This document shows, in pieces, positions 12,644-26,698 of a DNA stretch of 64,000 bases. Position 1 is the first letter of the stretch. The number at the start of each line of letters is the position of its first letter. Origin of the DNA: Octopus vulgaris (lineage: Eukaryota); NCBI GenBank assembly GCA_951406725.2, contig OX597837.1:43462001-43526000 (forward strand), in the 5' to 3' direction. The notes below the pieces were generated by a model. It made no database searches, was not told where the DNA came from, and saw only the letters and a program-made list of their open reading frames with translations. The translations under genes were made by a program, and so were the position numbers.

Positions 12644-13194
12644 ATGGCGGTTCAGTTGCAATGAATAGTAGGCTGTAGAATAAATTGATCATCGGAATTT
12701 GTAGGCGTAATTGCTTTTGGAAGTAACCACAATTTGGCATAGAGTAAAGCAACTAGCGTTCGTCATTGACCTTAGTTTGGCCTCCATCTGGCCATAGTTA
12801 AAAGTTCCTAGAGTTAAATATTTACTCTTACTGCTAAATGGAGACTTAATGACTTTGGCTTGCTGGCACGTATTTGACAAGGGCCATCGGCAGAATAGAT
12901 TCGACGAGCAAAGGTTATTCAACAACAGTTAGATAACGCAAGTGTAATGATATCACACACACATTTACATACACACACACACACTCACGCATACATACAC
13001 ATATACGTACGATCGCTCGGCTTCACAAACGCGCACACATGTATGCATAGTCGGATAAACATCGATCACTCGTAAGCATATACGGTTTTCGTTCCAATGA
13101 TTATATGTAAATAATCGTGTGTATATGTACACATGCCGACGCACATATATATATGCACGTATGAACGTATGTTATGTATGTATGTATGTATGTG

Positions 13195-13226
<32 letters not shown>

Positions 13227-13333
13227 TGTATGTATGTATGTATGTATGTATGCATGTATATATATGTGTATACGTATATATATATATAGATATATATGTA
13301 TGTAAGTATGTATATGTATATATATATATATAC

Positions 13334-13364
<31 letters not shown>

Positions 13365-13481
13365 GATATATCTATATATATATATGTATGTATCCTTGTA
13401 TGTATAGAATTCCCTACTTATATGAATGCTATAATTAATGGAACTTGTACATTTATATATACATACAAATATACACATACA

Positions 13482-13520
<39 letters not shown>

Positions 13521-14099
13521 CTCTCACAGACACGTGAACACATATGCACAAACATAAAAGAAAGTGTGCGCGTGTGTGTGTGCAACTGTACGTGTATATG
13601 TGTCTTTCCATAGAAACATAACTGTATGCACACAACAACATATCCAACATATTCCTACATAGAAATACATAAAAGAAGCTCGACGTTTTAATTACTCTTA
13701 AGAAATTGCTAATTTTGTCCAGTTTAAGTAGGACCAGTTGCCTTAATCAGAGCTTGTTCTAGCATTTTACACCGCTTAAGCAATATTCATGGTCTGAAAT
13801 CAAATTACTATGTGGTCGCTGCAACTAAAACGTAAGAAGCTTCGAACATATACTAGAAATTTGAAAGTATTCTAATCTTATGGTTAGCCATTTATTACCG
13901 ATTTTAAAATTATGTCCTACTCAGTTTATATATATTTCAGCCTTGTGAAGAGTCCTTTAGAGAACCTACCGCCTTAACAAGAACGCCATATTTATGTTCC
14001 GTTCTATGTATTAGGTGGCTTCGTCATTCTAAATCAATATATTTTAAATCAGGCAGGATATGTATGTATGTATGTACGTTATGTATAGTATGTATACTC

Positions 14100-14140
<41 letters not shown>

Positions 14141-14253
14141 GGCACAGTTACAGATATCAATACACCTATATGCATTCATTTATGCATGCAAGTATACTCA
14201 TAAATGTATGTATGTATGCATGGTATGTATACAGATTCGCACACATGCATACT

Positions 14254-14289
<36 letters not shown>

Positions 14290-14523
14290 CATAGATACAG
14301 TTTCAGATATCAATACACCGATATGCATTCATTTATGCACACAAGCATACACTCATAAATGTATGTATGTATTTATATTCCTCTCTATGTATTATACGTG
14401 TAGCTATACGCATATATGCATTCATACATATATACATACATGCATGCATACATGCGTAATACATACATGCATATACACATTCATACATATATACATATCT
14501 GCACATGTGTGCGTGTATGCGTG

Positions 14524-14575
<52 letters not shown>

Positions 14576-14599
14576 CCGAACGTTGCACCATGCGTAGAA

Positions 14600-15640
14600 A
14601 CAAGCAACTAAATCTCATCGAAGCACATCAAAGAACAGAAAATCTAGAGACGCTGGCAAATACAGTAATGTTCTCTCACCAACTGATCTCAAATTAAGAC
14701 CTATAATACTTGGTTCACCATGTAAAGCCCACCGCCCAAGTATTTTTTTCTAATATATCCTGCTGAAGCCGTTAGAAGCTTCAGAAAAGTTGGCCTAAAC
14801 ACCTTCAGCCATCTCCCCAAAACAGACGGACGAAATACTTTAATAGTATATTTCTATGTTGCGAATCTCTATGCAGACATCCCTCAAGTCTTAGGAATTG
14901 AAGCCATTAAATTCTGGTTGGATAATTATATAATCGAAGTCGCTGATCGCATAGAAATTTCGAACAGATGGACTAAAATGTATTACAGAAAATAATAAAT
15001 TCATGTACAATGACCACTTTCTACAGCATAAATCTGGGGCTGCGATGGGAGAAAAACAGCTCTTCCTTTCTGAATCTACTTATAACCCCCAAAACAATAA
15101 GGCCTTCAAAATCAGGTTTCATAGCATACGGTTATTGAAAAAAAGCCCAAGATGAAACAAATCCCGCTAACACACACGCGGCATCATAAAGAATAAAAGA
15201 CAACCCAAAGCAATGAAAGAAGTCCAAACAAATGCCAAACGTCACACAACAATAAGAAACCAAAGCAAAAATGAGGAAAGCCCTACTATAGTATATGTTT
15301 TAATCTGACAGAAGAATTAGGGATCTGACAGTAGAATTAGCAGAACTCTTTACAATAAAAAGCGACTTTGCTTGTGCATCTTAAAATTCAATTAGTGCCA
15401 TAACAAGCTCAGGATGTTGGGAGAATTACATTGGACAAACAAACATCCGTTTACGCCAACGCACGACCTTGCATAGATCGCAAATTAAAATATTTGAATG
15501 CAAATAAATAGGATTCAATGAACATAGGCACACCTGAGCAGGTAAGAAACAATCAGACTTTACGATGTTAATACAACGCCGACGCGTTAACAAAAGAAAC
15601 ATGCTTCATCACAAAATACCGACCACACCTAAACTCTTGT
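14600..15640 (+). mobile_element. Decayed Penelope-like retroelement: RT and GIY-YIG endonuclease remnants
   Basis: Hand translation across frameshifts gives PTDLKLRPIILGSPC, ILLKPL, LIVYFYVANLYADIPQVLGIEAIKFWL (cf. SFDVxxLYTNIP), ENNKFMYNDHFLQHKSGAAMG, SDFACAS*NSISAITSSGCWENYIGQTNIRLRQRTTLHRSQI (GIY-YIG, at ~15361-15490) and FITKYRPHLN. The middle of the RT is deleted. Confidence 0.85.
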
Positions 15641-15788
15641 AGCGCAAAAAGGAAGAAAACAACCACAAGCAACAATACTGACAATTATTACTACAAGATT
15701 ATATATGGACGACTGCTCTAAGCCGTCACGATAACTTGTAGCTTCTTGATAGAAGACTGCTATATTCTACTGGGGACCTTTGTAGCTG

Positions 15789-15920
<132 letters not shown>

Positions 15921-15947
15921 ATACGATGACGACGACTGGCGGCGTTA

Positions 15948-16147
15948 CTCAAGAAACAGGTAGAGAGACTGAGAGAAAGTTGGAGCGAAAGAGTACAACA
16001 GGGGTCACCACCAACCCCTGCCAGAGCCTCGTGGAGCTTTAGGTGTTTTCGCTCAATAAACACACACAACGCCCGGTCTGGGAATCGAAGCCGCGATTCT
16101 CAGACCGCGAGTCCGCCGCCCTAACCACTGGGCCATTGCGCCTCCAC
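15948..16147 (-). mobile_element. SINE family B head and body fragment
   Basis: ccctaaccactgggccattgcgcctccac at the right end. Body matches 1895-2090. Confidence 0.88.
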
Positions 16148-16216
16148 ACACACACAAACGCACATACAAACACACACATATATATATACACTCATACACA
16201 CACACATATATATATA

Positions 16217-16397
16217 TAGATCGTTAGCCACTACACACATTTTTTTCTCTCCTTGTTTTTTTCTGTGTCCCTTTCTGTAGAAGAGTTTAGGCTCGAAACG
16301 TAAAAGACTTTTTCTATTCCTGAGCGTTATACTAATGCATCTGTTTGTTTTGTACACCACCTGTCTTTGTCTTTTGTTTTTTTCATAAACTCTCCCT
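16217..16397 (+). mobile_element. ~190-bp non-coding repeat inside (TA)n carrying a hammerhead-like motif (16271-16306)
   Basis: Near-identical inverted copy at 32946-33131. Motif CTTT-CTGTAGA-A-GAGT(TTAG)GCTC-GAAA-CG-TA-AAAG. Confidence 0.8.
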
Positions 16398-16420
16398 ATA
16401 TATATATACACATATATATG

Positions 16421-16483
<63 letters not shown>

Positions 16484-16498
16484 ATATATATGTATATG

Positions 16499-16536
<38 letters not shown>

Positions 16537-16569
16537 CTCGCGCGCGCACACCCACACACACACATATGC

Positions 16570-16860
16570 TGGCACTCTGTCGGTTATAATGGCGACCGTT
16601 CCAGTTGATCCAATGGGCGCATGAAATCAATAAGAACTCCACAGACACGCGTACCTTAACATAGTTCTGTGGCAGATTCAGCGTGACACAGTATGTGACA
16701 AGATTGGCCGCTTGAATTACTGCTACAACTCAGTTTTGCCAGCTGTGTGACTGGAGTAACGTGAAATAAACTGTCTTGCTTAAAGACACAGCCCAGCGCT
16801 GGGTATCGAACTTACCACCTTACGATTGTGAGCCACATACCGTTAGTGCTGAACCACACT
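16570..16860 (-). mobile_element. Degenerate SINE sharing the family B 3' tail with a family D-like head
   Basis: ctccacagacacgcgtacc...gattcagcgtgacacag, then gccagctgtgtgactggagtaacgtgaaataaactgtcttgct, the reverse complement of the 36570-36620 body. Confidence 0.65.
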
Positions 16861-17411
16861 TCTCAAACAAATCCTCATACTTGCTTGGTTACATAAAGAA
16901 CGAGAAACTACGTCAGAACTGCAAATGAAATAGAAATAATTAAAAGTCGAATGCAGGTCCTGGTAGAGGGAGTGAATCTAATTTCTGTTAGTACAATTAG
17001 AAGTCAGTATCTGTTCCGTTGTTATGAGATCTCTTTAGTGAATTACACGGTTCAGTACATTGAGTATGAAAGTTAAGAGACCACTTAGTTATTTGCATTT
17101 TATGCAGCGGACATCCCTGAGCATTCTCATACCCTAACCCCCTCCAGCACCATCGTCACACACACACACACATACGTCAACAATTCTTTTCGATTAGTTT
17201 AGATTACTGACTGGAAAACTTTAACCAATATTAATTTCCATCCACAGAACTATTCCCACGGCGGTGATCCAGTCTGATTTCAGCCATTACTTAATTGTCA
17301 GTAATAGCTGCGTTTCTCCTCTTAATTGATTTCCTCTGTTTCCCAGACACTCTAACAAACAAAAAAAAAAGAAAGAAGTTTTTCGATCAGATTCTGCTAC
17401 AGCAGTAGAGT

Positions 17412-17851
17412 TGTTTAACCCCAGGTCTGCCTTACAGGAACAAATCTGTACCTCAGGGAGATTCAGCGTGACACAGAGTGTGGCAGGGCTGGCTGGCCCT
17501 TTGAAATACAGGTACTACCCATTTTTTCAGATGAGTGGACATTAAAAAGGTACAAATTTTATTTAATGTTGTCCTTAGTCTTCTGGAAAAATAACACGCA
17601 CAAAGGTTTCACACGTAATTATAGCGTGTTTAACCCCAGGTCTGCCTTACAGGAGCAAATCTGTAATGAAGCACGTTATAATTACGTGTGAAACCTTTGT
17701 GCGTGTTTTGTTTTTCAGAAGACTAAGGACAACATTAAATAAAATTTGTACCTTTTTAATGTCCACTCATCTGAAAAAATGAGTAGTACCTGTATTTCAA
17801 AGGGCCAGCCCTGTCACACTCTGTGTCACGCTGAATCTCCCTGAGGTACAG
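17412..17851. repeat. Inverted duplication (~180-bp arms) with a 39-bp direct repeat
   Basis: 17446-17628 is the reverse complement of 17672-17851 with a few mismatches and indels. tgtttaaccccaggtctgccttacagga(a/g)caaatctgta occurs at 17412-17450 and 17627-17665. Confidence 0.95.
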
Positions 17852-18260
17852 GTTAAGAGTAAAAGGGTCTGCGGAGTGCACAGCGACCTGCATGTTAATT
17901 TCACGAGCTGGCCGTTCCATGGACCGAATCAACTAAAACGGTCGTCGTCTCGTCGTCGTAACAGATTGAACAACAGAGCTTAGTTGACTGCTCTGTCTAG
18001 CACATTGATTGACCACATTAAAACCCAAGACAAAATAGATTATCTTTTATAAGTACAAGACATCATATTGAAGAAGGGAGAATTAAACATAAGCTCATTA
18101 AAATTTTACACAGACACAGACACACACACACGCTCATACACACAAACACACACAGAGACACACACATACATGAATGCTATTGTATTTCGTCACTGGGGAG
18201 CACCTTTTCCTTTCAGACGATTGTGTGCTCATGACACTCTCGATTGATTAGCGTAAGGGG

Positions 18261-18312
18261 AGCTTTGGGACAACCGGTGTTTCGGCATAGTTTTATCCCC
18301 TCAGTCAAAGCT
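18261..18312 (-). ncRNA. Decayed hammerhead-like motif
   Basis: AGCTTTGA-CTGAGGG-GATAAAACTATGCC-GAAA-CACCGGTTG-TC-CCAAAGCT. 7-bp stem I, palindromic stem III (ACCGGT), GUC triplet. The first core box and stem II are damaged. Confidence 0.45.
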
Positions 18313-18854
18313 ACCACGGCTGTCTGCGCTCTGAGTTCACATTCCACCAGAGCTAATGTTATTCCTCTATCAAATGAATTGAATATATATCAAATATTGT
18401 AGCCGATTCCTCTTTCCCCCTTCTCTTTCTCTCACAAACTCTCTCTCTCTTTCTTTCCTCCTTTCTCTCCTCCATCTACTCTCTCCTTTTCACTCTCTTT
18501 AGGTATTGGCTACATGAAGGGTTTAATAAAAAAACCATTTCACCATCACACTATGAACACAATAACAATATACGAAAAGAAATATCTAAATGTATAAATA
18601 AATAATTAAGCGAATCAACCATTGCTTCGCCATTCCGTCTAGTTTGATAGTGTGTATGTGTGTGTGTGTACGCGTGCGCATATGTGTGTGTATGTGTCTG
18701 TGTGCTATTTTTTTTTCTTTTACGGGGAAAATGCGGTTAATTGAAGGAATGTATTAGTCAAAGAGCATTTATTTCCGCAAACACTTAACGGTACGCTGTC
18801 TACTTAACAAATACATACATACACACATATACACACATACATACATACATATAT

Positions 18855-18924
<70 letters not shown>

Positions 18925-19347
18925 ATGTATGTATATATATATATATTTGTATGTATATGTATATATCGTGCCTTGATGTTGTTAATGCGATAAAAATACG
19001 ATATAGCAACTAATAGCAATTAAGATCGCTCATATAGATATCTCGATGAAAGTCTTGTGTTTGATAATTGGTCGAGTGGCGTCCATATTGAATTAAGCTG
19101 AACTCAGCGATAGCAGTAATTAGCTAGCGATATTTTAATTACCTTGCGACATTTAATTGTCGTAATTAGTAGTAGTAATAGTAGTAGTAGTAGTAGTTCT
19201 TATTGCTTATTGTTTAGACACTTTATCAGTGATTCTTGTTTGCGAAAACCTATGATCAAAGACGTTCCGTTTATGACAGTCCCGTTTAATATATGAATAT
19301 ATGTATATACTTATATATACATATATATATACATACATACATACATG

Positions 19348-19437
<90 letters not shown>

Positions 19438-19444
19438 TATAATT

Positions 19445-19523
<79 letters not shown>

Positions 19524-19674
19524 CACATCTTAAAATAAGCGACAGGATATCAAGAAGTGATGCAGTACGACCGTTTCAAGCGACTCAACACAGCAAGAAT
19601 ATGGAAGAAATCCATATTGTCGCTATTGTAATTAACATCATGATTTAGAATCTTCTCCAACCCATCCTCCTTTT

Positions 19675-20012
19675 ATCGACCCCAGGACTTATTCTTTGTA
19701 AGCCTTGTACTTATTCTATCGGTCTATTTTGCCGAGCTGCTAAGTTTAGGGGACGTAAACACACAACCACCGGTTATTTAGCAATGCTGGGGGAACAAGC
19801 ACAGACACGCAAACATATACACACACATGCATATATATATATACATATATACGACGGGCTTCCTTTAGTTTCCGTCTACCAAATCCACTCAGACGGCTTT
19901 GGTCTGCCCGAGGCTAGAGTAGAAGACACTTGCCCAAGGTTCCACGCATTAGGACTGAATCCAGAACCATGTGGTTGGTAAGCAGTCTACTTACCGCACA
20001 GTCACTACTGTG
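19675..20012 (-). mobile_element. SINE family C (tRNA-like head, CCTTGGGCAAGTGTCTT CORE-like motif, internal microsatellite)
   Basis: Collinear with 46780-47107. Confidence 0.85.
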
Positions 20013-20034
20013 CCTAATAGAGATAATTCTTTTT

Positions 20035-20226
20035 AATTTTGACAGAAGGCAGTAATTTTAGGGTAGATGGTAAGTCAATGACATCAACCCCAGTGCTTAA
20101 ATGGTACCCGAAAGTGTGAAAGGCAAAGTCGACCTCGGCGGAATTCGAACTCAGAAAGTAACGGCAGACGAAACACTGATAAGCATTTCGCCCGGCGTGC
20201 TAACGTTTCTGCCAGCTTGCCGCCTT
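20035..20226 (-). mobile_element. SINE family A variant
   Basis: aaaggcaaagtcgacctcggcggaattcgaactcagaa...gccagcttgccgcctt. Confidence 0.85.
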
Positions 20227-20401
20227 AATAATAATAATAATAATAACAGCAACAACAATCTTCTTCTTCTTCTTCTTCTTCTTCTTCTTCTTCTTCTTCT
20301 TCTTCTTCTTCTTCTTCTTCTTCTTCTATTATTATTATTAATAGCAGAAGAAGAAGAAGAAGAAGAAGAAGAAAGAAGATGATGAAGAAGTAGAAGAAGA
20401 A

Positions 20402-20957
<556 letters not shown>

Positions 20958-21520
20958 AAAAGCAAACAGATGTCCTGTGATGGAACTCTCATCGATCAGT
21001 TCGATCAAGATTCACTTAGGTTTTAACAACACCAACAGCAACCAATCAACCAACCAACCAAACAACCAGCCAGCCAGCCAGCCAGTCAGCCAGCCAACCA
21101 ATATTTCAATCAACTAAAGGCTGGAGAGGCAGTAGAAATGGTAGTTATAGTGATTCCGCTTCTTTTCAATCTCTTCCTTTCTATTTTAAATGGTGACTGA
21201 CTTTGTCTCACATCACTCTGCTGTCGATAAAATAATTAAAAGCTTTGCTTCGTGCCTAGATTACTGAAAAACGCAGTAATATGATTTAATTAATGGTGGC
21301 CATCTTTATGTGATGTTAATTCGCAAAACTTGTATTTAATCCCTATTGAAAAGACATTCCGAATGATTTAGGATGGCCATTATCAAGGAAATGCACGAAG
21401 TTTGGAACTTTCCATTTCACGAGGGAAGACTTTGTACGAGAGAGAGTTTGATGTGTAAGAAATAACAACGGGTCTTCGTGGAATCACAGGTTTAACATAA
21501 ATTTTTCGGAATCTTTGCTC

Positions 21521-21858
21521 TCATCATCATCATTGTTCGACCGTGGTCGAAACATTGGAATTGACTATGTTACGCCAGACTTCACGGTCCATCATAGCAT
21601 TACGGAGGTCCTGTTGCTGGATGCATGTACCCCCGGAGATTACATCAGGGTAGCAAAGTGTGCGCCCTCTGGTATCGCGAGCAGATGGCTTCCAGAGGAG
21701 AAGAGTAGAAATTACCTCGTTTTCAGCTCTACAGCAATGTCCAGCAAACTGGACTCTTCTATCTTTCACAAGAGATGATACAGGTGGTAGTTTCCCATAT
21801 ATTTGTACTTTGGTTGGATGACGCTTCCAACGAGAGATTTTGAGCTCCTAGGGATGTT
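21521..21858 (-). mobile_element. 5'-truncated RTE-type LINE 3' end, second copy, 7-bp TSD
   Basis: ORF 21530-21769 is homologous to 7329-7658, with a (TGA)n tail. tttgctc at 21514-21520 and 21859-21865. Confidence 0.87.
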
Positions 21859-21984
21859 TTTGCTCCTAGGGATGTCTAAGATTACTATTTTTTCCGAACC
21901 AGTGGTGATCACCTTATTCATCACATTCTAAATATTAAACTTACTTAAATAATTAAATGAAACACTGGTACTTGTATTTTTGTT

Positions 21985-22195
21985 TGAAATTTTGGCACAT
22001 CTCCAGCAACGTTTAAGAGGAAGGTAGATCGATTACATCGACCCCATCGTCTAGCTGGTACTTAGTTGATCTACCCCGGAAAGATGAGTGGCAAAGATGG
22101 CGTCGGTGGGATTTTGAACATGGAACGTAAAGCAGGACGAAATGCTGCTAAGCATTCCGCCCATCATGCTAACAGTTCTGCCTATTTGTCACCTT
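21985..22195 (-). mobile_element. Degenerate SINE family A variant
   Basis: gtagatcgattacatcgacccc...gaaatgctgctaagcatt...gtcacctt. Confidence 0.75.
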
Positions 22196-22362
22196 GAAGC
22201 TAACTGTATATTAGTGTAATTTAATGCGGACTATAAGAGGTTTCGGGCAGCTTGATTCAAAAGTGTTGGTACTCTTGAGTTTCAAGCGCGATGCTAGTCA
22301 TCAATCAATTTCAATTTGAATGGCCGAAGTTGATTGTTATCACCGAAAGTTGGGCTGCGATT

Positions 22363-22512
22363 AGTCGTGGAAGATTAAGGAGAAGGAGAATTATATGGTA
22401 TACCCCGCTTTCAACCTAGAAATTTCCTCCAGCGTAGTTGAGGCTTCCTGTTGTTAATTAAGAAACACTTCTCCAGAGGCCATAAGTATTACAAACTCTT
22501 CAACTCCCATGT
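22363..22512 (+). mobile_element. Penelope-like element internal fragment (linker region)
   Basis: RLRRRRIIWYTP and GFLLLIKKHFSRGHKYYKLFN resemble the PLE pattern RxRxIIWFNPPF...FLxLIDKHFPxxHKLHKIFN. Confidence 0.65.
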
Positions 22513-22569
22513 TTCTTCGACAACATCGCATGCATCAACTGACGTAAAAATGCACCCACACCACCCCCA

Positions 22570-22935
22570 ACACGATTATATAAATAGAGGCATTTATCTG
22601 TAAATATAATATGTGACAATTATTCGATAGCCATGTCAAAACTCCCGGGTTTCGGATGTCAGGGCGAAACCCGCACCGGCATCTCTTCAGTTATCGGGCC
22701 AATGTTTCTACTCACAATTGAACTAGAGAGATCAACACAAATTTATTCGAACTCACCAGTTCAACTTACATTGATATCAACGATATGGTTTAACCATTCG
22801 CCTTCCCAAAGAAATTTCTGAAGTTTCTCCTAATCATCCACGAATGTTCTCAGACTTTTGGCTTGGCCTTGTTTCATATGTTCGGAGTAATATAAAGCCT
22901 TCCTTACATAAGACCCAAGTTATTCTGGTGGTTGA
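22570..22935 (-). mobile_element. Probable PLE 3' end (pLTR-like) containing a hammerhead motif at 22630-22699
   Basis: Minus strand gives WVLCKEGFILLRTYETRPSQKSENIRG (weak match to the PLE C-terminal CxLCxxE...LNKRSE). It is followed by GATAA-CTGAAGA-GATG...CATC-C-GAAA-CCCGGGAG-TT. Homologous to 28650-28774. Confidence 0.6.
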
Positions 22936-23329
22936 AAAATAATTAGGTACGTGTATCATGCGATGCATAAATGCCAACGAAATACGTATTGTGTGTCGTA
23001 TGTGATATAAAGGGAAGAGAAAGGGTTAAAGGAATGGTAATGCCTATCTTCAACAATTTACTAGCATGAGATAATCTATATGTAATAACAATATTACACT
23101 AATTATGTGCGTATAAATATTCACGAGGAAATAAACGATAATGTTATGAAGTGTGTATTCACGAACACGAAGATAAACATCAAGATAGAAATATTATTGG
23201 ACTTTATCAAACTCTTAACAGTTTTCCCAGACAGTGTAATCTCAAATTATGCATGCGTACACACACGAACGTACGAACGCGCGCACACACATGTTCGATT
23301 AAACGTGTATACGTCTATCTGAGAATATA

Positions 23330-23460
23330 CATATATATACCCATGTGTGAGTATATATAAATATATATATACATATACATAAGTTATATACTTATATATA
23401 AATATATATATGCATATATGTCTTTGTGTATATATATGGGTATATAACTATGTATGACTG

Positions 23461-23512
<52 letters not shown>

Positions 23513-24475
23513 TTAAATTCGCATGCTCTATAAATATGCATATATATGCCTGTGTGAATATTTATGTTTGTCTGCATGAATGAATTTATACATATTTACA
23601 TGCACAAACGCAGGCATCCGCACGCATGCATAAATATATATACATATATCACGATGAATGTATGTAAGCTTACTTTCTGTACGTTTGCGTATACATACTC
23701 ACACTTGCACCTGCGCGCGCACACACATGCATACATACATACATACATACATATATTCATAAATACATACATACACAAACGTACATACACACATACATGC
23801 ATTTATATATACATACATAAGACATACATACAATACACACACACAGGCATTCATACAAGCAATCTCATAAATACACATATATTCATACATACATGTACAA
23901 ACATACATACACACATATATGCATACATATATACATACATATATACATACTTAACATACATACATACATACACACACGTGCATTCATACAAACATACACA
24001 CATACATACATACACATATATATATTCATACATACAAATATATATACATATACAAACATATATACACGCATGCAAGCATACATATACACATACATATATA
24101 CATACATATATGTACATACATTCTTTACATACATACACACACATGCATTCAAACAAACATACAGACACATACATACATACATACATACATACATACATAC
24201 ATACATACATACATGTATGCATACACACATATATATATATATACATACTTTACATACATGCATACATACATAAATACATACATACACACATGCATTCATA
24301 CAAATATAAACACACATACATACATACATACATACATACATACATACATACATACATGTATGCATACACACATATATATATATATATACATACTTTACAT
24401 ACATGCATACATACATAAATACATACATACATACATACATACAAACATACATACAAACATACATACATACAAACA

Positions 24476-24507
<32 letters not shown>

Positions 24508-24850
24508 CATACATACATAAATACATACATACATACATACATACATACATACAAACATACATACATACATAATATACATACATACACATGCATACATACA
24601 TAAATACATACATACATACATACATACATACATACATTACATACATACATACATACATACAAACATACATACATACATACATACATACATACATACATAC
24701 ATACATACATAATATACATACATACATACATACATACATAAATACATACATACATACATACATACATACACACATACATACATACATACATGCATACATA
24801 CATACATACATACATACATACATACATACATACAACCATACATACATACA

Positions 24851-24882
<32 letters not shown>

Positions 24883-26282
24883 CATACATACATACATACA
24901 TACATACATACATACATACATACATACATACATACATACATACGTATACGTATGTGTGAATTTTTGTACGTCTTTTACATGTGATAGTATTCCGATATTA
25001 GTGTGTCTGCTATTTTCGATATAATTATTTCGGTCGGTGCCGTTGCTTCACCAGAAATGTATGTCTCACAACACAATAGATTCTATGGTTCCTTACGTGT
25101 GACATTCCAATATAATAATTCCTGCTCCACACAAGAATTCATGATTCTGGTAATAAGCTCCGTGCAATTAATTTATTTTGCGAAATATACATCTGCAAGT
25201 GAGCATGTATGTATGTATGTACGTATGTACGTATGTATGTATGTATGTATGGTTGCATGTATGTATGTATGTACGTTTGTATGTATGTATGTAATGTATG
25301 TATGTATGTATGTATGTGTGTGTATGTATGTGTGTGTATGTATGTATGTATGTATGTATATATGTACGTTTGTATGTATGTATGTATGTATGTATATATG
25401 TATATATGTATATATGTACGTTTGTATGTATGTATGTATGTATGTATGTATGTATGTATGTATGTACGTTTGTATGTATGTATGTATGTATGTATGTATG
25501 TATGTATGTATGGTTGTATGTAGGTATGTATGTATGTATGTATGTATGTATGTATGTATGTATGGTTGTATGTAGGTATGTATGTATGTATGTATGGTTG
25601 TATGTATGTATGTATGTATCCATGTATTTATGTATGTATATATGTATGTATATGTGTATGTATGGTTGTATGTATGTATGGTTGTATGTATGCGTGTGTA
25701 TGTATATGTGTATGTATGTTTGAATGTAAGTGTGCATGTATGCAAGTGCATATGTATGTATGAATTGATGTATGTCCGCATGCATGTATGTGTATGTATG
25801 TGTGTGCATGTATGCATGTATGTGTGTATGTATGCAATTATATATGTATATATGTATATGCATGTGTGTGTATGTGCGTGTATGTCTCCGTATATATATT
25901 TTTATGTATATATCTACATGCATGTGTGTGTGTATATGTATATCTGTATAAATGCAGGCGTGAATGTATGCGTGTATGTATGCAATTATATATGTATATA
26001 TGTATATGCGTGTGTATATATGTGCGTGTACGTGTATGTATATCTATTATTATGTATATATCTACATGCATGTGTATTTGTATACGTACATCTGTATCAA
26101 TGCAGGTGTGTGTGTATGCGTATACATATGCGTGTATATATATATTTGTTTACATCTACGTAAGCGTGTATGCATGTGCATACGTATGGATGTATGTATG
26201 TGTGTATATATGTGTGTGTGTATCTATAATTATGTAAGTATGTATGTTACAGGGAATTTCTATAAGTGTATAAACATTCGTG

Positions 26283-26312
<30 letters not shown>
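23330..26312. repeat. Large (CATA)n block followed by a complementary (TATG)n block
   Basis: (CATA)n-rich to ~24945, a ~260-bp unique spacer, then (TATG)n-rich from ~25205. Internal ~145-bp duplications at ~24165-24420 and ~25826-26115. Confidence 0.95.
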
Positions 26313-26314
<2 letters not shown>

Positions 26315-26647
26315 AGATTGCTTTCTTGTATGTATTCTGTTTTGTACATATTTATATATATGTTTTTATTCTTTGACTAGTGTCAGGCATCAGGTTGCGG
26401 CCATGATGGAGCACCATAATTAAGGACATTAATTAGCCAATCATAAGGAACTACGCACATAATTCTGTCCAATACTATGTTATCGATCTGTATCTATCCA
26501 TTGGTTCTGTTGCTTTTTAATGCAATCTGAGGCACCGTTTAACACACGGACACGCACACATACACACAAACGCACACACACTGACATACATATATATATA
26601 TAATTACACACACACCTACTCATACACAAACACATACTCACACACAA

Positions 26648-26698
<51 letters not shown>

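Noticed and set aside
18407-18600. Long pyrimidine tract ending ttag followed by a 31-codon open stretch
   Set aside because: The tract is (CT)n-derived and the peptide is AT-biased with no recognisable homology.
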